A stretch of DNA of 36,177 bases from Macrostomum lignano (Eukaryota), in NCBI GenBank assembly GCA_002269645.1, contig NIVC01004749.1, forward strand, positions 1 to 36,177, given 5' to 3'. This document shows positions 24,681 to 34,452 of this stretch, piece after piece. The position numbers were made by a program, and so were the translations under genes. Within the stretch, counting starts at the first letter, position 1. Every line of letters begins with the position of its first letter. Below the pieces are notes generated by a model that searched no databases, was not told the origin of the DNA, and worked only from the letters and a program-made list of their open reading frames with translations.

Positions 24681-27600
24681 CCACAGCCAGGAAGACGGTA
24701 GAATCCTCGGAATTTTCCGGCGCAAATCAGCAATTTGCCGGCGCACGGCGCACACTTCACTGCGCCGCGCGCATGGGCTCGGCGCATCGGCGCATGGCTC
24801 GGTGCATCGGTGCATGGCTCGGCGCATGGCGCACAAGGTACGTCAGTGTACGTGACAATATAATAATGAATAATAAAAAAACGTATATTAAATGTCAATC
24901 AATCAATAAAATAAACGATGGTCGATACGATAGTCGTTATTTCCAATGTTGTTTCGGGTGTGTATAAAAGCTGGCACTGGCACATTGGACACATTGGACA
25001 CCCCTTTTTATAACAAAATTAGATATGAAAATGCAGAATAAACTTGCGGAGATACTTTTAAATAATTTAAAAAATTGATAATAATAGAAATGACATCCTT
25101 GCTTTCGTGATAGATGATTTGTTAAATATTCTTTGTATTATCGTTTTTTGTACATGTTTAATTTGGCATTCGATTTTTTAAAATAATCGCACATGCAAAA
25201 ACTGCAGCTTGCAATGCTATTACACTGTGATTTTACTACCCCGAAGGTTCTGTACTACAGGCGTACCGATTTAATGCTAAATATGCCTGATATATGAAAT
25301 GATCAAACTAATAGTCAGAACTCAATTTTCCATAAAATGATGAAGCATTCTGCTCTTATCAAAAAACCACAACTTATTTTGTTAGGATTACTTCATGAAG
25401 AACGAACTTTGGATATTCCAAATTGCAATTATTTCTATATTAAAAAAGTTAATACATTGGCAGATTATTTGATGAAAAAATTGCACCCAAAAAGTTTTTT
25501 TTACTTTGTAAGATGATGATTAAATTAATAATTTCCAAGCTTCTTCTTTTATTAGTTCAATTACTTTTTGTATGATTTCAACCAACAAAAAAAGGAATAG
25601 CTACTCAGTGAAAGTTCAAATTACAGTCTCTTCTTTACATACAATCCTTTTAAGAAAACATTATTATGAATAATTTGCCAAGTCATGATATTTAAGAAAT
25701 TGTGCTAATCATTTAAATTATGAGTTAAAAAATGCAAGCATATAAGTAAAAAATCTACCTCACAGACCAAGAAGTCTTTTTACTGAAAGTTTATATGTGA
25801 CGCTTTGAAAAAACAACATATAAACCATCTTCACATAACATTTATTGTCATTTATTTCAGACCTAAATCCTTTAGCACATAAATATTCTGCACGTATGTT
25901 GCAGGGTATACTTCCTTCTTCTAAAATCCTACAAATGCCACAAAGTTTTAATAGGCAAATTTATTCATATTGTTTATATTAATATTTCTATATTTATGAG
26001 AAGTTTTCCAATAAGAACAAGTTCCCAATCAGTAAAACACTATATTTTAATTCTAATGTCCAAAATTATGGCATTCTAAGGGACCAAGTGATAGGTTTTA
26101 AGCTACTATTAGCACCTGCATGATTTATTTATTTAATACCTACACATTCCTTAATGTCTATAGTTCGCCTAATTGCCTAATTGCTAACCCTAATTCTAGC
26201 CTTCTTGGCTTACAAGTTTGAGTCTTCACAGCATATTATTCAATTCAAGCCCTACTAATTTTATTAGCCTCTCTTAATTTTATAAAATAATAATTTTCTT
26301 TAGTGTAACTGCTCCAAAAATTTCAACTTTAATTTAAGTGGTGTGCCGAAACACCACTTGCACCATTACAGCCGTCTATAATTTTTTGTGCTAATTGGTT
26401 GACCACTTTCAATAATTTTCTTGGGTCAAGAGTGTGATATATGCATATTGCAGCATGAATTTTTTAAAGAATCCCTAATTTTATACAAGGAATCATATAT
26501 ATTTATAGAAAGTTAGCTCTTAGAGTAGAGATAAAGTACATAAGACTATTAATAGCAACTTTTCATACAATTGCTTATGGTAATGATTTCTATTGTTATA
26601 AAGTTACAAATAAATAAAAAGTTACATTGCATTTAAACTGTACTTTATGAGTTGTAAGCCTTTCAACTCAGAGTGCACTTCAATTGCTTTAATATACATT
26701 GCTAGATGTTATTTAGCATTTCTTTGTTATTTATCATTTAACTCATTGCATTGTTTAATTGCTAATTTCATTTGCTCAGCTGCAATATTTATTACTTTTT
26801 TATTAATGCCAATGTTTGTAATACTTTTTCTCCCTATTTTTAGTGTTTGTGGTATTCTTTTGTCAAATTTTAATTTTCCGCTGTATCTATCTTTACAAAA
26901 AATTGTACCTGTAAACTTATGGTTTTTTGCTTACAATGGTACTGTACTAAATTATATTTATTTCCTTGTTAGATTCTCTAAATTGAAAAAGTAATGCACT
27001 GCTTTATTATCATGCATATTGAATATTAAGGATAGTTAGTATTCCTTCCTTGAAAAAGATTCTAGAGTTGGATTCTATTTGATAAGAGAATAAATAATTT
27101 ATTGAGTTTAAATGTTTTTAAAACATTAATTAATTGCATTTTGATGGAAATCACAACTTAAAAAAATATTCGTTTTTTTATTTAAGACACGGGGGATTTT
27201 AAAAATCCATATTAACAGCAAATCAAACATTAACATTATGGGAGAGAGAGAGAGAGAAGGATTAGATTCACTTTCACCATTGCTGTTGATTTATGGAAAG
27301 GCAGTAAACAAGCCAGAGCAGCTGCAAATAGTCAAATATGCCATGTCCGGCAATAAAATTCTGCAACTAGTCTGCTGCTCACTTTTTCCAACGTTTATTG
27401 AGGACAAGAAACGGCATTTAATGTTTCTATGTTTTCTGTAAGTGCACCAACTAGGTAAATGAAAATGACGTACCGAAAGTAGTTCGACAATAAAGCAAGA
27501 TAAGAAATGAATTTAAATGTAGAATAAAACTTGTTGATACTACCAATCTCATGGTTGTTAGAAGTATATGAAAAAGTGCAATTATAAATAAATATTTACA

Positions 27601-28014
27601 TTTTTATTCGAAAGCCAAAGTATATTTATTCAAGCAAAACAACGATCAAAACTCGATTTTTGTTAACATAAGGGGTGTCCAATGTGCCAATGGTGCCCTG
27701 CTTTTATACAGACCCATGTTGTTTCTATTTCAAATTTCATTAATCGACTTAACAAACTTAACAAATTTGCGCCTTTCGCGGCTTTTGTTGCGTCTTTTTG
27801 CTTATATTTTACAAATAGAAGATATGATTGAACTGCTTGAACTTCCATTGATATTGATTCAATTTAGATACTTAATACTTGATGGTGCTTTTTCAAGTGT
27901 ATTTTTCTCGGCGCATGGCGCACAAGTAATTTTTTTTTCTCGGCGCACGCGGCGCACAACAAAAATTTTGATGGATGTTATTCCGGCGCACACGCTGCAC
28001 CTTCCTGACCATGG
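24681..28014. mobile_element. 3.3-kb degenerate DNA transposon with an 8-bp TSD (hAT- or Mutator-like), related to the 589-bp MITE
   Basis: Identical flanking 8-mers TTGACGAC at 24673-24680 and 28015-28022. Ends CCACAGCCAGGAAGACG / CACCTTCCTGACCATGG resemble the MITE TIR (13-14/17). Clusters of GGCGCA subterminal repeats at both ends; AT-rich interior with no long ORF. Confidence 0.8.
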
Positions 28015-28168
28015 TTGACGACTTGATCATAATAGCCTAGGCCTACTATAGATAGGGACAAAATTCCTGGCCTGAGGCCTGGCCCACATAATTTACAACG
28101 GTACTGTTAAGCTTAAGTTGAAAAAAAACATCAGATTGTATCATTTCAAAAGAAGACAGACAACTCAC

Positions 28169-28171
28169 CAT
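28169..28171 (-). CDS. EEF2: Candidate ATG-only first coding exon of eEF2
   Basis: Exon 2 begins CTAG|GTG AAC TTT (VNF), so it lacks only the Met. The best upstream match I found is AAAG ATG|GTGAGT at 28171-28163. An intron directly after the start codon is known in animal eEF2 genes. Confidence 0.6.
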
Positions 28172-28692
28172 CTTTACAAGTTTACTGGTACCGTAAGGAG
28201 TTGATAAATGATAAGTATACAGTAAGTTACAATACAAATAAATATTGCCGCGCAAGTAATCAGCGTAAGTAAAATTTGTGAAGTAAATAAAGTTTTAAAT
28301 TTGGTGCGAGGAAAACTAAATCATTATTCAATAAAACAAACCTTTTTGTAAAACAAAACTACAATACTTTACTATGTAAAATATGAAAAACGCTATAATT
28401 TGAAGCAATACTTTTACGCTAAACAATACCGTTTGCTCTCAAGCAGCAAACGCAAGTTTCTACTTGTGGCTTCGGCTTCGAAGGAAATTAGACAAATACA
28501 AATCTTAAATGGAATTTGATTTAACTGGAGAGTAAATTTAATCGAATATTAGCTTGGTTTAGATTGTACAAATCACTTATTTTTGCAGACAAAGGTTTAC
28601 GGAAGGCAATGGAGCAGTAAAATAGCCATGCTATATTAAGCAAAATTTAAAAAATCGATCTGTTTACTTGAAATCTTTACTAATAGTAAAAA

Positions 28693-29568
28693 TACGAGAG
28701 CGAAGTAAAGAAGTAATAATTTTTTGAAACTCTAAAATATATGATGTATTGACGTGCAAATGGTTTCATTTGGTTTTACCAGATCCGACAGTTCACCGAA
28801 CGATTCAGGCACTTTAGTAGGGCCGATGGTTCGTAGATGCTCAATATGATCTGGAACACTAACAACACCGCGCACAGAGAAAACCGTGGCAGCTGTGCAG
28901 TACATGATTGAGCAGGAATGCCGCGTGACCATAGACCAGATTTTTGCTCAAATGGGCATCTCTCTGAAGTGCTCACTCTCTTTTGTGTATCTTGTTCAGA
29001 CCGACACTCTTGGTCTGAACAAGCTGAAAGCCCGTTGGGCCTCTCGCGCCGGTTGAGGCCTGAACATCGGGTTCAGCGCACTGAATGTGCCGTCAGTCTG
29101 ACAATCTAACTGCGTGAACGCCGACTCCAAAGACTCTACCAGCGCTTGGTGACCATGCAGTGATAATGCATCGATATTACTCCTACATGTAAGTACAATT
29201 CAATTAGTGGATGCTACGATGTTCAGATCAGCGGGCCCTTGCAAGAAGTTCCGTGTCAAAGAGTCTGCAGTCTTCTGGGATTATGCGGGAGTTGTGATGG
29301 TTGACTTCCTAACCCAAAATCTATCAAACATCATTTGTTACGAGCCTTTTTTCTTTCCGAAACTAAAGGAGGCGATCAAGGGAATCCGACTCGACTGCAG
29401 AGAGGCTACCAAGAAGGTTGCCGCGCAGGTGGCTTGCTGCGCAGCCTCCTGCATTCCACACGAACGACCTGGAGGGAGGGCAATGGTGCATGAAGAAGTG
29501 CCTGATCTGGGAGGAGGCTTGAAGCTTGTGACATTACTATCTGATTAGCTTTTTCACTTGTCCTCATA
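28693..29568 (+). mobile_element. Internally deleted, degenerate mariner (Tc1/mariner) transposon
   Basis: Broken peptides: RVTIDQIFAQMGIS...LGLNKLKARW..R.LRPEHRVQRTEC (HTH and WVP-like linker), YQRLVTM, KKFRVKESAVFWDYAGVVMVDFL, FFPKLKEAIKG. Degenerate TA-flanked TIR-like ends TACGAGAGCGAAGTAAAGAAGTAAT / ATTAGCTTTTTCACTTGTCCTCATA. Confidence 0.8.
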
Positions 29569-29761
29569 GAATCATGGGTACACACCGAACACGCGAAAGA
29601 TGCAGTTTCGAACGACAAATTTATCAATCACCGATTCTTAATTTATTGACTAATCAAAAGAAAGGTAGTGATATCGCGGAAAAGTTCTGTAGCTACTAAT
29701 CAAAAAAACAAAAAAGTATGCTACCCTATTGGTCCATTTAGTCTATCCACGAACCTAGCCA

Positions 29762-30318
29762 TCAGATATTCCTCAGTAACACCATTGGCTGGTACTCAGC
29801 TAGCCTGCAGTAGCCCTCAGCCTCTTCCCTTAGCAGCGAGAACCTCTCCAGCTGTATTCCCCGGAAAGCGAAGCAGAACCGCCAGCCAAAGGCCTCGGCC
29901 AGCCAGCCCTCGGTCGATCTGCTCAGTCGGAGACAGAGTGGCAGTCCCTCCGGCTTGTTCAACAGGCTCAGCGTGCTGGCTGGTTGCAGCTTCTTGAATG
30001 CTAACTGGAAGAGCCACTGGCCAGCGGGACGACTTTCTCGGTACTGCAGCGTCAGTCCGCGTCCCGGATCATCGTCCAGAGAGCCGAAAAACTCCGCCGT
30101 GCCTTCCTCTTTCTCGGCCTCTGTAACCGTACCGTCTGATTGGCGACGTCGACAGAACTGCCAGCGAGTCGAGTGCAGCGCCCGAGCGATGGCTGAGGCC
30201 GCTAAGCTGCCGTCCGGGTCGGCGCAGACGGCGGCCAGCTCCGCCGACACGTCGGGGTCTGGGCCGCCGCGGCGGTACGCGTTGGCCAGCAGGTGGCTGC
30301 TGAAGGCGGGCTGACTGC
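29762..30318 (-). CDS. Large GC-rich coding exon of an unidentified gene, weakly CENP-N/Chl4-like
   Basis: Open frame of ~185 codons after the acceptor CTTTCCTCACCATCTATAAG (alternative acceptor at 30311), with host-like GC3. Family resemblance is by eye only. Confidence 0.55.
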
Positions 30319-30848
30319 CTTATAGATGGTGAGGAAAGTTTGGTCAGAGGGGATGATAGAGGGTGGAAATTAAAGTATTTGTAAGTAAATTCAGTTGGAA
30401 AAATAAAAAATAAAGGCTGTGTAAACGCTCTGAAAATGTTTTCACAACCTACACGTATTCAGAAATCAAATTACGAGCGTACAAGGAGATACGCTCGTAG
30501 CGTAACTTAAACCCATATGCATGTATGTGCGAAATTTGTCAAGATAAAATTTCAAACTCCAAAATATGTCAATATTTAAAACTGGATAAAGCTACGAGCA
30601 GCTACCCTTCCAGCAGTATTAGTATTTTAATCAACTCAGTCAACCAATGAAATGAATTACACCCCCTGCGCTTCCACCCGATCCTCGCCGTGTATAAATA
30701 GCCATAACGAATAAAGTAGAACTGCCCAAACTCAGACTCTTTAGCTTTAATTTCCCAGCAGTGTGCAAAAGTGGAAAAACTGAAGAAAGTGGAAGAATTG
30801 ACTCTACATTTACTTTGCGTATTGAGCTGCTAAACAAAACGAGTTGAG

Positions 30849-30957
30849 ATGGTCCAGATTAGAGCAGCTCATCTATTGATTTTCGCTGGCTTGCTGATTT
30901 TCGGAGAGATTTTCCAGTTTTGCAGCGGAGCAGCCATTAAACACGGCAAACGTTCTG
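30849..30957 (+). CDS. Probable first exon of a secreted protein (signal peptide followed by a GKR site)
   Basis: MVQIRAAHLLIFAGLLIFGEIFQFCSG|AAIKHGKRS has a hydrophobic core and small residues at -3/-1. Donor CTG|GTAAAT at 30957/30958. Confidence 0.45.
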
Positions 30958-31956
30958 GTAAATTTTCAACTTGCTTGAACTTTCGCAATATATCCTTTTT
31001 CGATTTTTACTGCGACTGGACCCATTTAAGTCATCTCAGTCTCATAAAAAAATCGCTATTGATTATATACGGACGTGTAGAGATCTCCAGAGGCATTACA
31101 AGCAGACTACTGTAAGTAGAAACATAAAAATGCGAAAAACTTGAATGTTGTAAAAACTGCAAATTGTCACACTCTATTTTTAAAGACCACGAAAGCAACA
31201 AATGACCACCTTTTGCAACACTTAAATTTAGAACTCCGAATATGGTATTGACGCTCAAACCTAATGTATTCCATAGGGGTCAAATTTCCAAAGCGCTAAA
31301 CTGTCACCTACTAAAAATAATCTGTTCTTCAAGAAGGTTTCCTATAAATACAAGCCAAAATCCAAGCTAAAAATCTCAGACTCGGAGCAGCCTCAAAAGA
31401 TCTTGGGACTCGGAGCAGCCTCTAAAGATCTTGGAGCTTGCTGGAACAGCTAAGCGAGGCTACATCTCTGAGAGAGAGAGATAAACCAATTGGTGAGCCG
31501 TTGCTCGAGCCTTTGTTATTGATTTTGAGAGCGATTTATTGCCGGCCGCTACTATCCAGTCGTTTGGACTGAGTTCATTGAATTTGAGGCCTCCCATTTT
31601 CCTAAGGGATTGGATAGGATCGGCGGACCGATTCCGATACCCTTAGAGGATTATCGATTGATTGATTTTGGTTATCCTAGATTAACCGATAGGAGCACAC
31701 GACTCCGATTCCGTTAGATCTAGAAGAAGACGCCCTTCTTGGAGGTCCTCGTGATTATTACAGAAAGTTGATTTTATTACAAGGGCGCATCGTTGATATT
31801 GATTACTGAGCTTAAGGCCTATATTGATTTGCATTCGAGAAATACTGCGACGTCGCCTGATTTGATCGTCACGCTCTCATTCGGCCGATTCGAGACTTCA
31901 AGAAGATTCCTCCGGAGAAGAAGAAGATTAGAAGAAACGAGCTCGGAGAACCTGCA

Positions 31957-32226
31957 AGTAGTATATAAAAAGACGCTTCTAGACCCAGAGCACTTTTTTA
32001 ATGACCGTTTTAAGGGTCTAGAGGGGGGACACGGGGGGTAAATAAAAAAACACATCTAAACACCATTAATACATCTAATCACCCATAATCACCCCTAACA
32101 ATAAAAATCATTCCCAACACTTCCAAACACTCCCCAACACCCCCCTCGCGTCCCCCCTCTTAAGACCTTAAAAACGGCCATTAAAATAAGGTCTGATCTG
32201 TAAGCGTCTTTTTCTATACTACTACT
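31957..32226. repeat. Imperfect inverted repeat (~82-86 bp arms) around a 109-nt G-free loop
   Basis: AGTAGTATATAAAAAGACGCTT...GAGGGGGGACACGGGGGG (31957-32038) pairs with CCCCCTCGCGTCCCCCCTC...AAGCGTCTTTTTCTATACTACT (32141-32226). No G on the + strand from 32039 to 32147. Confidence 0.85.
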
Positions 32227-32280
32227 CTATAACCCCTTGCCCGCGCCGCAGGCGCGAAGGGTCTTTTTCTGTTACTAAAA

Positions 32281-32595
32281 ATGACCCGAGTTTACACCTT
32301 TTCTGTTAGTGATACTTTTGAGACTGTTGCTAAAAATGCAGAGATAATAAAACAACATATTTTGAATGGAATAATTGATGAAGTTTATTTAAAATATGAC
32401 GACAAGCATGACCTAAAGCTTTATCCATTAGAGCTAGATGAGATGTATGATTTAGAACAAGAGGGTGAGTTAATATTTCAACTTGGAGATTATTTAAATT
32501 CGGATGATTGGGAGGTTAGATCAACAGATTCCGAATCAACAAATAGTTCATATGAAACCAGTGATTCAGAGAATGAAAGTGAAATTTTTATGTGA
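32281..32595 (+). CDS. Viral hypothetical acidic protein, 104 aa
   Basis: ATG preceded by TAAAA. AT-rich open frame with a D/E/S-rich C-terminus. Confidence 0.65.
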   Translation: MTRVYTFSVSDTFETVAKNAEIIKQHILNGIIDEVYLKYDDKHDLKLYPLELDEMYDLEQEGELIFQLGDYLNSDDWEVRSTDSESTNSSYETSDSENESEIFM

Positions 32596-32611
32596 AAAAA
32601 ATATTTAAAAA

Positions 32612-32836
32612 ATGAACTATTATTCTATAACAGAAACGACGTTTATTATGAAAAATATATATAAAAAAATGAAGGTAAATTATTCCTACATCGGAAATGT
32701 TCCAATTAATGAACTTAATGAAAATTTAAGTTTGATAACAGTTGAACAAATGTCAATAATAATATTAGTAACAATAATAGTAATAATATTGTTTTTGTTT
32801 GTAATAAAAAATTTACTACCATGTTGTCTTAAGTAA
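32612..32836 (+). CDS. Viral small membrane protein, 74 aa, with a C-terminal TM helix followed by PCC
   Basis: MSIIILVTIIVIILFLFVIKNLLPCCLK*. ATG preceded by AAAAA, 16 bp after the previous stop. Confidence 0.55.
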   Translation: MNYYSITETTFIMKNIYKKMKVNYSYIGNVPINELNENLSLITVEQMSIIILVTIIVIILFLFVIKNLLPCCLK

Positions 32837-32846
32837 CTGTTTGAAC

Positions 32847-34452
32847 TTAGTTCGCAGACATTATCTGGTTCTCATAAAAAGAACCCAATATTTCTTCACC
32901 ATCCTTATCAGCAATTATATAGGTTGTAGGATTTGTATTTAAAACTTTACTGATGGTAAATTTCTCACTTATTTTCCAATATCCTTTTCTTCCCTTTTCA
33001 AACTTATCTTTCCATTTATAGATATAAACAGAATCACCAACCTTAAAACCTTTAGTTTTCTTTTTTTCAAAATCTCCAAAAGTAACCCTAACATTTTCAG
33101 GATTGTTATAAGCTTGTTGAGGAGTCATCTTTATCGCCGAATGATATGAATTGTTATAATCTTTCACTACGTCTGGTAATATTTTTACCCATTTTTGGTT
33201 ACCATTAAGACTAAACTGAAACCATAATTTCTTACCTAAAGTTCTATTAAATCTTTCTATTAATGCGTTTTTACTCTCTCCATAAATAGAATAAATTTTA
33301 TTAATATACTCCCCATTCGCGTCCTTTTTCCTTTCTTGTCCTTTTTCAAAATGATACAATTTATACATGTGAGGATTGTAAAATTCTTTTCCTTCGTCAA
33401 CACACAACCTTTCACTTTTTTCTCCAAGACTTCTAAAAGCAGCAGCAACCTCCTCTCCCTTTTTGGATTTTAAAGGAACAGCCCACGCGTATCGAGTAAA
33501 ACCATCTAATATGGTTAAGATATATTTATATCCTCTTTCGTTCGGCATCGACATTAAATCAGCATACCAAATTTCATTCTTTTTGAAGTTCATGATTTTT
33601 CTATAAAATTTAGGTTTTCGATATTCTTTATGAAGAATCTTTGCCTCATCAGAACTTAACCCGCCGCCACTTAACAACAAACACTCAACACAATTATTTC
33701 CATGTTGATTATAATTAATTCCCAAACCAAATTTAACTTTAGACTGCAAGATCTTTTTAACCATCCACCTAGTTAATTTTTGACCTACCGATAATCCCTG
33801 CAAGTTATCTAATCCTTGAATCATTTTTTGATCGGCTTCATGTTTTAATCTTAATGCTTCCTCGGGTGTGTTCTTATCAGCATCTCTGTATGCTAAGTCA
33901 TGATAGTATGCTAACCAATCAATTCCATTTATGGGAATTGAATCGGCTTTTGGGTGTCATCAGGATTTAATCTCAAATCTAAGCGAGTGCCGGGTAGTTT
34001 ACCCTCAATCTTTCGAAAGAGGCTGGAGCACACCTTAAGCGGCGATAATTACCGCCCATCTCCGTCTGCTCTCTGAACCTTCTCCTTATATTTAAAATAC
34101 TTAGGAGCTTGGCTGCGCATTGCCACCGTGTCTTCAAGCTTTTTACCATCGAACCATAGGTTCGCGGACGAAGTCCGATTGGGAAGAGGAGTTACCTCTG
34201 TTCCTTCAAAAGATTTCTCAATTGAAGTGGTACTTGAAGCTGTATGACGGGTTTCACGCAATTTGGAGATGTCGCCACAAATAGTGACTAGCAAGGACAT
34301 TGCCTTCCTCACTCAGGCCACGGGTTAACCTGTGAAGTTCATTGATGGTAGGTGTAGCTCACCCGTATACCTCCCAGTAGTAAATATTGGTGGTAAGCTT
34401 GTTAATCCTTTTTGAACATCTAAAATCCTCCTTCAAATACTATTTGGTTCAT
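32847..34452 (-). CDS. PLA2-like domain fused to a Polinton RVE integrase; exon 1 34452-34328, group I intron, exon 2 33994-32847; two 1-nt indels in the PLA2 part
   Basis: Reconstructed MNQIVFEGGFLDVQKGL...GELHLPSMNFTG|PGTRLDLRL...PINGIDWLAYYHDLAY...HEADQKMI...KVKFGLG carries the HD dyad and Ca loop. It continues into WYADL / LCVDEGKEF / IERFNRTL (DDE) and FKVGDSVYI...GEEILGSFYE. Needs +1 at the A4 run 34422-34425 and +1 near 33952-33954. Confidence 0.85.
33995..34327 (-). ncRNA. Group I self-splicing intron, subgroup IC1, 333 nt, with no internal homing ORF
   Basis: P1 exon CAGGU / IGS GCCUG with U.G; P2.1 GUCAC/GUGGC; P3 CAUCUCC/GGAGAUG; P element AAAUUGCGUGAAAC; P5a with A-rich bulge; Q AAUGCGCAGCCAAGCUCCUAAG; R GUUCAGAGAGCAGAC; S CUUAAGGUGUGCUCC; P7 fully paired; P8 GGCGGU/AUCGCC; P10 with exon-2 CCCGG. 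Removal restores NFTG-PGT. Confidence 0.92.

Noticed and set aside
30640-30837. Possible upstream exon of the 29762-30318 gene
   Set aside because: No convincing ATG plus donor pair found.
34049-34312. 87-aa ORF inside the group I intron as a homing endonuclease
   Set aside because: It overlaps the catalytic core helices, starts at GTG and has no LAGLIDADG, GIY-YIG, HNH or His-Cys motif.
33995-34327. Spliceosomal intron or transposon explanation for the PLA2 insert
   Set aside because: No GT...AG boundaries that restore the frame at the motif, and no TIR or TSD. The group I P1-P10 pairings explain it fully.
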